Source of the DNA: the human T2T-CHM13v2.0 reference genome, Homo sapiens
Assembly: GCF_009914755.1 (NCBI RefSeq)
Contig: NC_060947.1
Strand: one strand, 5' to 3'
DNA: 64,000 nucleotides
Both the position numbers and the translations under genes were made by a program. Every line of letters begins with the position of its first letter. Position 1 is the first letter of the stretch. Positions 40,701-55,219 of the stretch are shown one piece after another. A model generated the notes under the pieces. It was not told where the DNA came from and ran no database searches. It was given only the letters and a program-made list of their open reading frames with translations.

Positions 40701-43552
40701 TTCCTGAAAATGATTTAATTTGTATTTTTCTTAAATATAATAAAATGCCCTGATAAGAAGTAATCAACAATTTTGATTCTAGTTTTCCATTTGATTTGAA
40801 CATGTACATTATTTCAGCATGGTGGATGATACATATCTACAGCTTGAAATATGTGCATTGGGGAGGTTTTGTTGAATGCTAGATTGCTGTTTTGCTGTAG
40901 TTTGATTTATTTGTGTGAGTTATTAGCTTGATATTGGAAAGTAACTAAAATTTGAATATATGATATCTCTGCTTCTGAAATAAATATAGCGATTGAAAAT
41001 GGACCTTTTATGAACGTTGAGTGGGGCAATTTCTGGCAGGTGGGGAAGAGAGTAAAGAAGATTCATTGTATGAAAGCAAAGCAAATACACATAAAACTTG
41101 TAATTTAACGGAACATATCAGCAGATGTGGTTCTCAGAATGACTCTTACATTTACATTAATGACTATCTAAAAAGAATTAGACAGCACCGTGAACTTCCT
41201 TTTTCAAAATTAAAAGTTTTTTTTAAAATAAAGAAGTTCAGATTTTAGCATCAACTGACCAAAGCATAAGGGGCCATCCAAGAAAAAAAATAATCTGAAG
41301 CACTTTCATAAAACGATGTTACAAATCAATATTTTAGACACTTTGAAGATCATCTCCTTGCTTTTCAACCTTCACACTTCCGAGACAGGGGATATATATG
41401 TTTATATCATCTCTTTTTCTAAAATAAATCATTTCTGATTGAGCATCTTTTACAGAAGAGCCCACTGCAAATGTCAATTTTTATAATTGCCCAGACCATA
41501 CTTGTGGGAAAAATGAAGGGACAAGAGTAGGAAGGTCATTCAGGGTCACTGAATACATTTCTACCACAGGAAAGCATTACGTCTTTTGCACTTTATTTCT
41601 TCAAGCCATTCCCTTCCAACATCTCATATCCCTGTCCCCCCAGAAAGTTGGAGTCACAGGTGACACAGCTGGGAAAACTTTCTTTATGAAAAGATTAACA
41701 CATGTTTTAAAAAGAGATACATATGTATGTCAAAATTATTCCAGAACACTGTTCTCAGAAGGGCAGTAACTGCAACCAAGTTAGTTTCTGCTATTGAAAC
41801 AAAATGTGAAGCTCATGGGGAAATTTCATCACAATATGCTGTCTATGAATTAAAAATCCATTTAATATAAAGCCTCCAAGAAACAAAGAAAACTTGTTTT
41901 TTATTTTTACAGAAGACAACGTACAACTTTTTAACCCCTAACCTAATTTTTTAAACCAAAACCAGAATTATTTTTTTTTTCTTTTTAGCTTTCAATGAAG
42001 CACAATCAAATTCCTGGAGAAAAGATGGGAAAACGGCATAAAACAAAGCACGAACACGGTATTTAAATCCAAGTTTGCCACAAAATGTAAATGTATTTCA
42101 GTAAATGTTCTATAGGATTTGTAAACAATTGAAAAGCTGTTATTTCTTTTACAACTGCAACATAATAAACATTATAATAATATACCTTTCTGGTAATGAT
42201 ATAGAATTTTTTATCTGGTGACAAATAGTTCTGCCAAAAGACAGATAAAGTAAATCAAATGCAGGCGTAACATCTATATTATGTAGATGTGTGTAGTTAT
42301 TACTAGTGGAGATTAATATGATTTATTATGCTTATAGGTCATTTGTTTGACCTTTATAGTAAAATGCCATTTCATATCCTTCTTACATATCGTTATTATT
42401 AACCTCCATTAGTCATATATTTTTGTAAATACCTTCTCTAAATCCATTATATATTTTAAAACTTGGTTTATGATTTATTTTGCTCTATGGAAGCTTTAAA
42501 CTATCAGTTAATTCAGTCTGCCAATTTTATGTTTTAAGTCTTCCAGGCTTCCTGACTTACCAAAAATCTGTCTCCCATGAAGCTTATAAAGTCCTACACT
42601 TTCCTTTATTGTTTATATGAATTTATATTTCTAGTTAGCTCCTTAATCTAGTAGGACGTTTTTTTGGTCTATAGTTAAACTTATAGGTACATGAATAGTC
42701 AATTACGAGACACTATTTATTAAGTGAAATAGGCTATCCACACAGAACTAAAATATCCAATCTTATTTGGATGTTTTCCTGGACTCTCACTTGTAAACCA
42801 CTAACCCATTTCTCTAGCCTTATGCCAGCACACTGTGGTTTTGATCACAATTACTTCAAAGTATAGTAGAAATCTGGAAGTGTATGTTGCTGCCATAATA
42901 TGCTTATTAATAAAATTGTTTCCAATTTATACACACACATACACGCACACAATTTCCTTCTATATAAACTTTAAATTACATCATTGCCTATTTCCTTTGA
43001 AATTATATTGCCCCCAAACACATCAAAAGCATTCTGATTATAACTGTATTAAATTCAAATGTTAACTTGGCTGGTATTGCAAGTTTAATGACAATAAATC
43101 TTAAATCCTAAAACAATCCTACGTAGTCAATTTTTGCTTTTTCTTATGTATATTTTTATGCTTTTCACCTATAGGGTCTACAATTTTTATTCCTCCTTAA
43201 TTTATACATTGTCATCAGTGTGAATGAAATATTTCCATTTGCATTTATAGTCATTAATATGAATAAAAGCTATTATGTATCTATTCATAAAGTATTTTTA
43301 AAATTATTTCACAGATTTTAAAATTGAGTCTCCTAGGTTTTCTCTGCACAATAATCCTATTTAACAATAATTTTTCTTCTTTAAAAATATTTCTTCTTTC
43401 CTTTTGAGGTTATCATTACTATTATTATTTTAGAGGTGGAGGTCTTGCTACTTTTGACTTATTTCATGAGCTAGACCAAGCAAAGCAAATTTGAAAACTT
43501 TGAAAAATAAAAATTTGATAATTTTTAACGTTGACAATGGTGCTTCTTTACT

Positions 43553-43770
43553 AGGGTGTCAGCAAACTACAAAAAAAAAAAAAACAACTTTGTTTTGCAA
43601 ACTTTGTATTTATAAAATTTTATTGAAAGCACAGGCACACCTACTAATTTAAGTATTGTCCATAGCTGCTTCCAATGCCACAACTGCAGAATCAAGTAAA
43701 TGTGACAGAGACTATTTGGGCCACAAAACTTAAAATATTTACTATCTGCCCCATTACAGAAGAAAAAATG
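43553..43770. mobile_element. MER58A-like DNA transposon
   Basis: agggtgtcagcaaactac...ttttattgaa...aaaatatttactatctgccccattacagaa. Confidence 0.65.
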
Positions 43771-44084
43771 CAGATTTCTCTTTATCCTTCTCCTTCCTTT
43801 TACTACGCAGCAGGCATACTTCTAGGATTTTTTTTTTTTTCCTATATAACCACATATTATTTCCGCAAAGTTATTAGGAAGTACATGGGACTTTCCAGCC
43901 CCATTTCACATTGGATAAAACTGAGGCATGAATAAGCTAAGTCACCTGCCAAAGGTCACGTGGGTGGCAAATATCTTCAGCAAAATTTTGACCCCAAAAG
44001 CCTAACTATGAGTTCATAACTGTGCAGTAGAACCCTTTCATCTTTGGTCCCATAGCACTTATCATACTGTATTGTTTTGTTACA

Positions 44085-44158
44085 TTTTTTTTATTATACT
44101 TTAAGTTCTAGGGTACATGTGCACAACATGCAGGCTTGTTACATATGTATACATGTGT
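44085..44158 (-). mobile_element. Very short L1PA 3' terminus
   Basis: tttttattatactttaagttctagggtacatgtgcacaacatgcagg. Confidence 0.88.
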
Positions 44159-44231
44159 AATAGACTGTAGCTATATGTAAACATACCAGCTTTCTTAGAT
44201 GTTACTTCCTCATAAAGACCTCCCCCTAGAC

Positions 44232-44433
44232 CAGTGATTTTCAACTAGGGATGATTTTGCTCCCCAAGGGACATTTGGAAATGTCTGGGACAAATTTGTG
44301 ATTAAAGAAGAGAGTACTATTGGCATCTAATGGGCAGAGGTCAGTTGTGATGCCAAACATCCTATAGTGGACAGGGCAGTCCACCACAACAAAGATGTAT
44401 TTGGCTCAAAACGTCAGAGATTGAGAAACATTG
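44232..44433 (+). mobile_element. MER20 DNA transposon
   Basis: cagtgattttcaactagggatgattttgctccccaaggggacatttggaaatgtctgg...ttgagaaacattg; imperfect 8-bp TSD ccctagac/ccgtagat. Confidence 0.85.
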
Positions 44434-44745
44434 CCGTAGATCAATTGTCATCTTCTGAACTTTGACGTTTACACATGCAACTAATTGTACAATTATTTAA
44501 CATCTGTACACCCATTCACTGCTTTCACCACTAGACTGAAAAACTCCATCAGAGACCACATATGTTTTGTGCAATGCTATACCGCCTGTGCCTTCCGCAA
44601 TAAGTGACACAGCAGACACTCATTAAGTATAAGCTTAGTGAGTGAATAGTGGATAACTTAAAGTTTTATAGTGTATACATGGGACTTGTCAAGAGTCTCT
44701 GTGTTTCATAAACATTGTCGTCATATTCTAGCTAACCATATTTAA

Positions 44746-44750
<5 letters not shown>

Positions 44751-44783
<33 letters not shown>
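44751..44783. repeat. (TA)16 microsatellite
   Basis: Pure TA run. Confidence 0.95.
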
Positions 44784-44785
<2 letters not shown>

Positions 44786-45798
44786 CACCACAAGATTTTT
44801 ATGGTGGTGCTTTTATCCACAGTTATAAGTTCTTTAAGAGATATTTTCTATCATTAAAAAATAAATTTATGCCTATTTACTGAAGTATTTGTGAAAAAAG
44901 CCCAACTGACGAGTAGGTTAGAACATTCGAAATCTTCAGGTTTTGATAGTTTTGTTTTACATCCGTGTTAAAGATGTTTTAACTGGCTCTTCAACATTCT
45001 CTAAGTAGGTAGGGCTGGCTCTAGGCAAGCACCTGAAGTATAGAGTTAGCTTCAGGTCTGCCTTCCTTTTCTTACCTTTAGGATTTCCTGGTATCTTTAT
45101 CCTATTTCTCCCAATCCCATCTTCTGCTCTGTACCTCTCTTGTTGGGAAATAAGACTCAGAATCACAGACTCTTAGAACACAACAGGACTTTAAGGCCAC
45201 CTCTCCTAATCACCCAACTGATAAACAAATTCCCATGTATAACTCCCAGGTCCCAATTTTTCATTATCTTGCCTATGATCAGGTATCATAAGTGCTAGAA
45301 AACACACTATTAATTGAGGCACCAGTTCCTGCTTTTGAAAGTTCTGATATTTAGATGGCTTTTTGTTGAGTCAAATGTCACCCCCCACTTTAGCTTCTAT
45401 CGAGAGACTGTGTACCTCTTGGAATTATTCAGCACAAGTTTAAATTTTTGTGTCCGTAACAGTCCTTCAAACATTTGAAGACAACTATCATCTCTCTTCT
45501 TCTCCCTGCTAAACTTCCCTAGATCTTTCATTACCTAGATGACACAGCGTCGAGGCTTCTCAATGTATGAACAACTAACTAACTTCCAACTTTTCTCTGA
45601 CTGGTTTAAAATCTCTTGTAAGATTTGACTGTTTATTCATTACATGAAGGAACAGCGAGAATAAGGGGATAATGGTTCCCTCTGTTCTCTCCTCAATGCA
45701 TATTTGTTGTATACTCTTTGCCAGGAGCTATGCTAGGTCCCGGGAACACGATTTTGGGCAAAATAGACAGATTCCTTTCCCTCTTGCTGCTTATAATA

Positions 45799-46132
45799 CA
45801 ATTGTCCCTCAGTATCCATAGGGGATTGGTTCCAGGATCCCCACGGATAGCAAATCCACAAATGTTCAAGTGACATATAAAATGACATACTATTTCCATA
45901 CAACCTACACACATCCTCCTATATACTTTAAAACATCTCTAGATTACTTATAATACTTAATACAATGTAAATGCTATATAAATACTTATTACATTGTACT
46001 GTTTAGGGAATAATGACAAGAAAAACACCTATAAATCATCAGTACAGAGGTAGGCATTCATTGTTTTTCTGAATATTTTTGATGCATGGTTGCATTCACA
46101 GATTTGTAATCCAAGAATATGAAGAGCCCCTG
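45799..46132. mobile_element. MER2-like TcMar-Tigger element
   Basis: TA-flanked; gtccctcagtatccataggggattggttccagga...catctctagattacttataatac. Confidence 0.85.
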
Positions 46133-47079
46133 TACCAGGTAAGAGGGACATTGATGGAAACATTACAGTTAAAACTGAGGTTACAAATACGACAAGTGTT
46201 GCCTGAAACTATGAGAGCATATAATAAGGGGGCCTATATTTAAAAGTAACATCTCACATAATCCTCACAATGACCCAAACATGCATTTTCACCTTAAATA
46301 TCAGGAAGCAAAATTGCACAGGTATTCTTAACATGGATGCCGGGTCTGGGCCTCAAGAAGAATCCCTGGTTCCTTCACTCTATGAGGGAGGTATGATACC
46401 CAAGACTCAAAGCCAAGTATGCATAGTCTTAACTCATAGTTCCTTCTGACACCATGCTTTCTACCACAGGCTAGGATTCAAAGTCAGCCATAAAGATCCA
46501 GAAATGAGTAAAACATACATCTAGTTAAGGGGAGAAGGCTTAATTGCTCTCTAGGTTGCCAATATGAAATGAAAAAGAATGGCTAACCACATCTCTCAGC
46601 ATTGTCAAAATAGCCAATGAACAGAGAGAGCACTGCAAAGACCCCCAACTCAATTCAGACTTCATTTCTACCTATGTGGAATTGCTGCAGCCAGAAATTT
46701 AAGTAAATGTTACTTAAATGTAAGAGCCATGTACCTAACTCTTAAGTGGATATCCTCAAATGCAAATATCCATTTAAAATATACAAGAATTACTGTGATA
46801 TAAAGTAACAATTGCTATGTATCTTTTACTTTTGTCGCCCAGTGGCCTTTAGACTCTGGATATATGTTAACTGGCATGGCTACTTTGGAATATTTACTCA
46901 TATATGTAAACCATAATGGCCTCAAGGACTACAGATAAGGCTTCTTTCATATTAATCAACTATCTTTCAAAATGTGTACCGCAGGCTGTTCTCGGAATGG
47001 AGCTAGATTTCAGCCATTAGCAAAGGTCTACAAAGTAAAATCACTGTTACTGTTAACTTTTATTTTTCTGATTAAACAT

Positions 47080-47494
47080 GGATATCATTTGGATATGTGT
47101 CCCCGCCCAAATCTCATCTTGAAATGTAATTCCCAGTGTTGGAGGTGGGGCCTGGTGGGAGGTGACTGGATCATGTGTGTGGATTTCTCATGAATGGTTT
47201 AACACCATCCTCTTGGTGCCATCCTCATGATGATGAGTGAGTTCTCTGAGATCTGGCTGTTTACACGTGTGTGGTACTTCATTCTGTCTCTCTTGCTCCT
47301 GCTCTAGCCAGGTGAAGTGCCTGCTCCCGTTCTGCCTTCTGCCACGACTGGAAGCTTCCTGAAGCCTCCACAGAAGGAGATGCTGCTATGCTTCCGGTAC
47401 AGCCTGCAGAACTGTGAGCCAAGTAAGTGTCTTTTCTCATCCATTACCCAGTCTCAGGTATTTCTTTATAGCAATGCAAGAAAAGATTAATATA
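47080..47494 (+). mobile_element. MSTA/MSTB MaLR solo LTR
   Basis: tttggatatgtgtccccgcccaaatctcat...gttggaggtggggcctggtgggaggtg...cagcctgcagaactgtgagcc...gtctcaggtatttctttatagcaatgcaagaa. Confidence 0.9.
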
Positions 47495-48389
47495 ACACAA
47501 CACACAGACACATGAATAAACTCATAATACACTAATTAAAACAATATTTTGAACATTAAGAAAACATGCCCATGTAATTTTATGAATGTCTTTCGTATAT
47601 CCTTTCAGGGATTGGACGTTCATTCTAACATACCTCTTATATATTGTGCATTAATTTAAAAAATAAAGGCTTTATGGCTTCACCTCTGCCTGTGTATTGA
47701 TGGTGCTTTTAGTGTTTCACCTTTGCTGTTCTGCTAACATACCCTCAATAAATCGATCCCAAGTGCCAGAAAGCAAATAACCCTTTATTTTTTGCACATT
47801 TAGAATGTTTCCCCCAGAAAGGAGGGAGACGGTAGGTATTAGAGAGTGCCTACCGCGTGGTGTTCAATCACAATAGGCCCTTCGATTAATATTTATTCAT
47901 TTTGACATCCCAACTTGTTCTAGTCTGTGATGGGGTCTTTAACCTGGCATCTGTGGATGGGATTAAGGGAGGTCCCAGGATCGCAGGAATTATATTACAT
48001 AAGGTAAATACCTTTGCGTTGTGAGTCAGGTGTTACATTCCATTTCACAGTGGAAGATTATTGAGATCCAGCAACATACCCACATCATTGATAATTGGTA
48101 GACATGGGGTTGTATACCAGCCCTGTGTTACTCTAAAACACATGCTTGCTTCAACATGCCACACTGCCTTCTTACAGAGCTGTGAAGAAGTTGAAATCGC
48201 GAAAGCTATTAAAGATCAAGGCAGATAAACTTCATATTATGCAGCCTTCTTGTGAGTATAACTTTCAATTATCTCCAATAACCTTAACTACATACAAAAC
48301 TATCATACATCAATGATGGATACAGAATTAATCTCATTTGAATCAAATCTTTAAAAGAATTTCAACTGTTGATATAATTTTGAAAACAA

Positions 48390-48780
48390 ACTTTTTTCAG
48401 TTGAGGCATAATTTGCATATAATAAAGTGCAAAAGTCTAAGTGTTTGGATGGACGTGTTTTGACAATCGAATGTATCTATGTATTCACCACCTGAACAAA
48501 ATAGACAACATTTCCATTACCCCGAAAAAGTCACTAATGCCTCTGTCCACTCAATTCCAACCCTCACCCAGAGGTAACCACTTTCTTAATTCTATTACCG
48601 TAATTGAGTTTTGCTGTGCTTTAACTTCATGTAAATACCCATATTTGTGTCTATGACTTTTTGCTCAGCATAATATTTTTGACATTCATTCATTCATATG
48701 GTTGCTTTTACCATTGGTTTTTCCTCTATTCACTGCCGAGTAAAATTCCATTCATGGTTTAACAGAGGCATCAACTTTTT
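48390..48780 (-). mobile_element. Old L1 (L1M) 3' fragment
   Basis: ttgaggcataatttgcatataataaagtgc...aacatttccattacccc...cagaggtaaccact. Confidence 0.65.
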
Positions 48781-50901
48781 GTGAGGTAGTGAGGGAAGGA
48801 GGAGGGAATGACTGCATTTCATGTGATACGTAAATGGAAGGAAGCACCTAGCTACACAAAGAGAAAAGGAAGAGCATTCTGGGTCTAAGAACAGAGAAAC
48901 ACGTGCAAAGGCCCTGAGATGTTTTAGAAAGTGAGGAAGCACTAATATGATTATCCTATATGGATTGAGAAAGGTTGACTTAAGAAGAAAATGGTAAAGA
49001 TAGAAATATAATATATTCATTATGTGTTGTAATTCATTGTATTCTAAGCCGTAATAAAGAGTTGGGTGTTCATCCTAATAAGATAAATCCATGAGGGCCT
49101 TAAGCACAGAAATGCCTTTATCTAGCTGACATTTTGAGAAGATCCATTTTGCTGCGGTGTAGGATTGAATAGGAAGAGAATAACAACAGTAGTAAGAGAA
49201 TGTGACCTAATCTGGCAAGAGGGCAGAGGTGACCTGGCCTAAGATGGGGGAGATGCAGAGGAAGAGAAGGCAAATTCAAAATAAATTTTTGGAGACAGAA
49301 GTTGCATTGCATTACTTGCTTACAGATTAGATATAAAATGGGAGATAAATGATGGAATCATGTGGACTCTGCTTACCAATCAAGTAGATAAGAAGAAGAT
49401 ACTACTGTGAAATAGATGAGGGCTGGGGAAGGGGAAAGATTTTAAATAAAATGTCAAAGCTGCATGTACGGCAGCCAATGAATTGTGTCACATGCTCAGG
49501 TGAACAAGCAGGTTTGGAATCAAGAGAAATATGGGATGGAAAGATAGAGGAGTTATTCAACTAAAGATGGCAGTTAAGTCCGTAGAAATGGATGCTATCA
49601 CCTAGGAGGAGAGCGAAACCAGAAACCCTAGGATTGAAGGTATAGTCTCAAACTGTGACATACCTACCTCCGAGGAATTTGGAACAACTCACTGGGACAC
49701 AAAAGAAAACTGTGAATGCTTCTATTTGTGTTTGCATTTATATTTATTGATTTCTATTTTCACATACGTTTACATGCTTAGTCATATTCATATATGATTT
49801 ACAAATAAATGTACATTTTGTGGGAAGAAATGTGCTTATAAGTTTTGTTTCAATTAGAAAGCAGTCTTGAAATTTTGAAGAGCATTGCCTTAGAGGTCAA
49901 GAGGCGGAGGAGGAGCTAGCAGAAACAGCTGAAAAGAAGCCAGTGAGCTTCAACAGAAGTTATTGTTTCAAGAAGAAAGGGAGTATTCTGTTGTTCCCTC
50001 TTTCTATCTGTGCAGTTGTGGGAAATGTGAACTCATAGTTTGCCTCGTGTGGTCCTGTTCCAAATGCCATACTTGCTGGAAATAGAGTGCAGAGCATCCA
50101 TAAAACAGTCTATAAGACTAAGCATATATAAGGCTGCCAAAGAAGTCATTTGTTACTATCTATCTTCCCATTCATTTTCTCAAGTCTAGTTCTTCTGCTG
50201 GCCTGTGGTTAGGGGGTTTATTCTGAGTATTTCCCTGTGTCTTTAAAACTTCACATTTATATTTGATGGTATTCCATGAAATCATCAGGTTACTTGTCAG
50301 GTTTCAAATATTACATGAACTATTTTGGAAAAAAATGTACATTTCAGGCTCATTTCCAGTCCTAAACAATATAAATTATAGCCAAGTATGGCATTTAGCC
50401 ATTAATGCTGTCTTTCACTTCAGTAATGTAAAGAAATAATAGGCTTATGACAACTTGGATAATACATTTAAGCTTCTACATTATTGCTCCAGATATAAAA
50501 AAAATTTTTCACTTCACAGAGGTTCTACCTTGAAGAAAGAAAACCAGGCTCCAGATATAAGCCTGAAACTTTCCTGAGTTTCTGACTTTTGCCAGCCATT
50601 TCATCACACTAACAACATAAACCTTAAATAGTTAAAACAAATGTAAGGCATTTATGTTATATATTCAAATGGATATACCATGGAAAAAAAGAACCTATTA
50701 CTGAATATTTAGTTTGCTTCAGGCTTCGCAATCATTATAGATTCCACATTTAATATATATATGTGCTGATTGAGTTGTCTTCATTATTTCTTATAAAATA
50801 TCTCCAATGTTCAATCTATTGATCATGTTGAAAGAAAAAGGGTTTAGATGAGCTGTACACATACTTATATACTCTCGGGATCATGATAAAACAAGACAGG
50901 T

Positions 50902-51221
<320 letters not shown>

Positions 51222-51367
51222 AAAACAAGACAGGTGACTTTGAATTTTAATGAACAAGTTAGAACCCTCCCCCAACATCTGGTTTTAAATGCTATTACTT
51301 TCGGTATGTATTGCTTATCTTAATAAGTATGATGAGCTTAAATATTAGCTTATCTTCGGGTCCCTCT

Positions 51368-51620
51368 CTTTTTTATTTTAATTTTTGTGGGTACACCGTA
51401 GGAGTATATATTTGTAGGGTACATGAGATGTTTTGACACAGGCAGGCAATGGGTAATAATCACATCATGGAGAACGGGGTATCCATCCCTTCAAGCATTT
51501 CTCCTTTGTGTTACAAACAATCCAATCACACTCCTTTAGTTATTTTTAAATGTACAAGTAACTCATTATTAACCATAATCATCCCGTTGTTTGATCAGAT
51601 CAAATAGTGTGTCTTATTTT
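51368..51620 (-). mobile_element. L1MA (MA1-3-like) 3' end
   Basis: tttaatttttgtgggtacac...gggtacatgagatgttttgacacaggc...taataatcacatcatggagaa. Confidence 0.8.
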
Positions 51621-51899
51621 CCCTGTAGAATTATTTGGAAATTTTCTGTTTATGTTTTCATGAGCTTTGGGATTTGGGGAAGAATTTCAGCATTTTTGAC
51701 TTAAGATATAGTTGGTTCACTTAGCCCAGCAGTGAACTTCAGGGGGTCAATAGCATGCAAATATGTATTTAAATATTAAACATTTTTGTTTCTGTTAACA
51801 TCAAAAATTTATTGGACATTTAATCTTTTAACAGAAAATATCTCATGGTTTCATATGAAAAGTGGATGTTCTTCACATTTTATTTATTTCAAATAATTT

Positions 51900-52175
51900 A
51901 CATTTATTTTTACTTATTGGAATTGGAAAATATAAGTTGTATATATCACGTATTATACAACACATTGTATTGAAAAATGTGGACTAGCTAAAATGAGCTA
52001 ATTAACATATGCATTACCTCACATACTATTTTTTTGCGGTGAGAACACTTAAAATCGACTCTCTTAGTAATTTTCGAAAACATATTATTATTAATTATAG
52101 TCACTATGTCGTACAAAAGATCTCATGAACTTATGTCTCCTATCTAACTGAAATTTTGTATCCTCTGACCAACAC
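51900..52175 (-). mobile_element. L1MA (older) 3' end
   Basis: gagctaattaacatatgcattacctcacata...ggtgagaacacttaaaatcgactctcttag...aactgaaattttgtatcct. Confidence 0.75.
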
Positions 52176-53801
52176 AGCCCTTTTGTATCCTTTGATTTTA
52201 AAAAAGGCGTTGTTTAATTTTAACAGTGTCAAGACTTTTAATGATACCAGGTCCTGAAAATGTCAGACTGTGTTTCCCATACAGTTTCTTTAGCATGAAA
52301 GGGGATGTATGCATTTGAAATATAGTAGTTGATGAACATCTTTTAGATTTTTCAGTAGAATTAAAACTGGATGATAAAAATTCAGCACATATCAACTATA
52401 TTCCAAAAATCAATAAAAGTGCCTAGGAGAAACATTTAAAAGGTTAAGGAAATTAAGAAAATGGATAAGATAATAAGATAATTTAAGAAAAATTATCCAA
52501 AACTTAGAAGTAAAACAAAAGATGATCGTGTGTGTTTCAAAATAATGGTAGCGTTGTTTTCTAACAAACTCCTCACACCCTCACAAGAGCTTCAATATTT
52601 TCAGAGTAAAGCAACTCTTACTGTTTACTATTAATTTGGGCCCACACATGTTACAACGCTATGAAGTTCAATGCAAATTTTAGAAAACTGATATGATGTA
52701 AATGACTTTTTACCCAGTAGAGGATATAACCCCAAAGGCTGTAGGGTATCAACGAGTTTAGTATCTTATTCACTAATCTTATTCCAGAATACTTTTTTAA
52801 AAATTCACTCATTATAGAAGCATTTGTTTCTTGTATTCTCTTTTGAACCAGTTTTGTCTTCCTACCAGCTCTCCAATTACTGTATTAAATAAAACCTACC
52901 GTGAGTTCACTATGATTTACATGAAAATTATGTTTCTTCATAAAATTTCACTGTGCTGATAGGTGGTAGAATTATGAATTTTCTTTGTACTTTTCTCCAT
53001 TATTCAAAATGTCCCCAGTATACTCTGAACAAAATTAAACATTTAATTGGAAAAAATACATGCTATATGCAAATCTATTTAGCTTCGTGTTGCCTTAGGT
53101 ATGCAAGACGTTACATATCATACAAAAAAAATCTAAGCCACCAAAGATAAAACAGTTTTGCAATCAATAGTGTTTTTCCTTTTCTCTTCCATCAGCAGCA
53201 CAGCGATGTACAATAAGGAAATAAAGTAAACTTTAGAAATATGAAATGTGTATACGTATTGACGTGCTTACTGTGAATGCGATGAGAAAGGCAAGTCAGG
53301 ACAGTGAGAGTCAGGTTCATTACACTGCATTCTCACACTATAAATGAAAGAGTAGCAAGTATTGGCTAAAATTCAATAACTTCCATGGCCAAGATACCTA
53401 CTATAATTTGAACATTGATTCCCTTTGAGAAGCTTTCTCCTGAGGCACCATCAAGACAGATATTAATAATTAGTAGTTCAGCTAGGGGTTGGACCACAAA
53501 TATCAACCTGAACAAACTACAGAACACCCTCCACATTTGCTTCAGCACTGACAGTTTTGAACACTCCCTGGTGGCCAAACTCACTTGTTTTCACCTTTGA
53601 AATGAGTTAGTTTTCACTGAGTGCTGTTGGGTACTGAGCCACTAGCAGAAGTGAGGATGTGCAGTCTGATGACTCACGGTTGCACGCCACTAAATACTGC
53701 CAATTACACACATTTTTCCCCTTGCAAATTTTGGGGAAGGGGGAGGGGTGTGAAGGAGGAGGGGTGTGAGCAGCTGCATATAAGGAGTGCCTATACTTTC
53801 T

Positions 53802-54115
53802 TTCTTTTCTTTTTTTTTTGAGACAGTCTTACTCTGTCACCCAGGTCGGAGTGCAGTGGTGCTATCTCAGCTCACTGCAACCTCTGTCTCCCAGGTTCAA
53901 GCAATCTTCCCGCCTCAGCCTCCTGAGTAGCTGGGACTATCAGCAAGCGCCACCACGCAAGGCTTTTGTGTGTGTGTGTGTGTGTGTGTATTTTTAGTAG
54001 AGGTGGAGTTTCACCCTGTAGGCCAGGCTAGACTCAAACTTCTGGGCTCAAGCAATACTCTCGCCCCAGCTTCCCAAAGTGCTGGGATTACAGGCTTGAA
54101 CCACCATGCTTGGCC
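53802..54115 (-). mobile_element. AluJ with a (GT)n microsatellite in the middle linker
   Basis: tctgggctcaagcaat AluJ motif; imperfect TSD aggagtgcctatactttct / aggagcacctatagtttct. Confidence 0.92.
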
Positions 54116-54550
54116 AGGAGCACCTATAGTTTCTACCTCAAAAACATAGCCCCCTATACCTTTCCACAGATTATATTGTTACTTTTGATATTGAACTTCT
54201 TTTCATTGTAAAAGCCTGGAGAAAATTTAAGGCTGTTTATATATCTGTTTTCTAAATCAGCACACCAACTGTGAACTCTGCACTTTTGAATTGGGATGAG
54301 AGAATGGAAAGAAAAAAGGTTGGGAGAGGAGCGGAGCTGGGAAGAAAGGTGATCTCTAGTCCTTTTTCCTCCGCTCCCTGCTCCAGCTCACTTTTCCAAT
54401 CAGTTTTTATAATAAGCATTATTTATTCTCCTACAAAAGTCTCAAAGTTTACTAGTTATAAAAAACTCATGATGCTTTATTAAATAGGGTAAATTTGACT
54501 TTGTAAAGCAAAAATAACAAAATACGTAATTTGTAATTTTCAAAATATAC

Positions 54551-54780
54551 ACATGTAATTTGAAATTACATGTAATTTCATATTATGCATGTGTGTAATG
54601 CAAGCACACATGTAACAATACATATGTAACGTGTTATATATGTAACACGTTACATATGTGTTGCATACATATGCACGTGTTAGGTAACGTGTTTTACATG
54701 TCACATGTAACAATCAATTTCACATGTAACATCAGTTACATATGTGAAAACACACATATGTAATCACACACATATATAAT
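54551..54780. repeat. Cluster of nested short palindromes built on ACATATGTAA / ACATGTAA
   Basis: Perfect 20-bp palindrome at 54561-54580, near-perfect 40-bp palindrome at 54620-54659, and further hairpins at 54551-54573 and 54694-54710. Confidence 0.9.
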
Positions 54781-55028
54781 TTGAAATTTTTCATAGCCAC
54801 ATTTTTAAAAGCAAAATGAAGTCAATTTAATTATATATTTTATTTAATCAACTATAATAAAACCATAATTTTAACATGCAATAAATGAGCATTTACTTCC
54901 TTTTTGGTTCTAAGTATTCAAACCCTGGCAGGTGTGTTATACTCAGTGCCCATCTCAATTAGTACTAGCCGCATTTTAAGAGCTCAGTATCTTATGTGGC
55001 TAGGGGGCACTGAATTGGACTTTGCAGC
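54765..55028. mobile_element. MER33-like hAT element (partial)
   Basis: tagccacatttttaaaag...catctcaattagtactagccgcattttaagagctcag...atgtggctag...ttggac. Confidence 0.7.
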
Positions 55029-55219
55029 TCTAAAGAGAGACCTCACATTGTGATTTTTATTGTCAGGCAAATTTCAAAATTATTTCTCTGCTTGGATGAG
55101 GCACCACGTCTCACTCCTTGCAAATACATCACTCTCACTACCAAATCCTGGATTAGTTCAGTGTTGATGTCATATTGTTATGAGCTCACAACACCTGTAG
55201 CATTCACACAAATAGGATA

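Noticed and set aside
54551-54780. CRISPR-like or designed repeat-spacer array
   Set aside because: No constant repeat length or regular spacers, and the context is a human intron.
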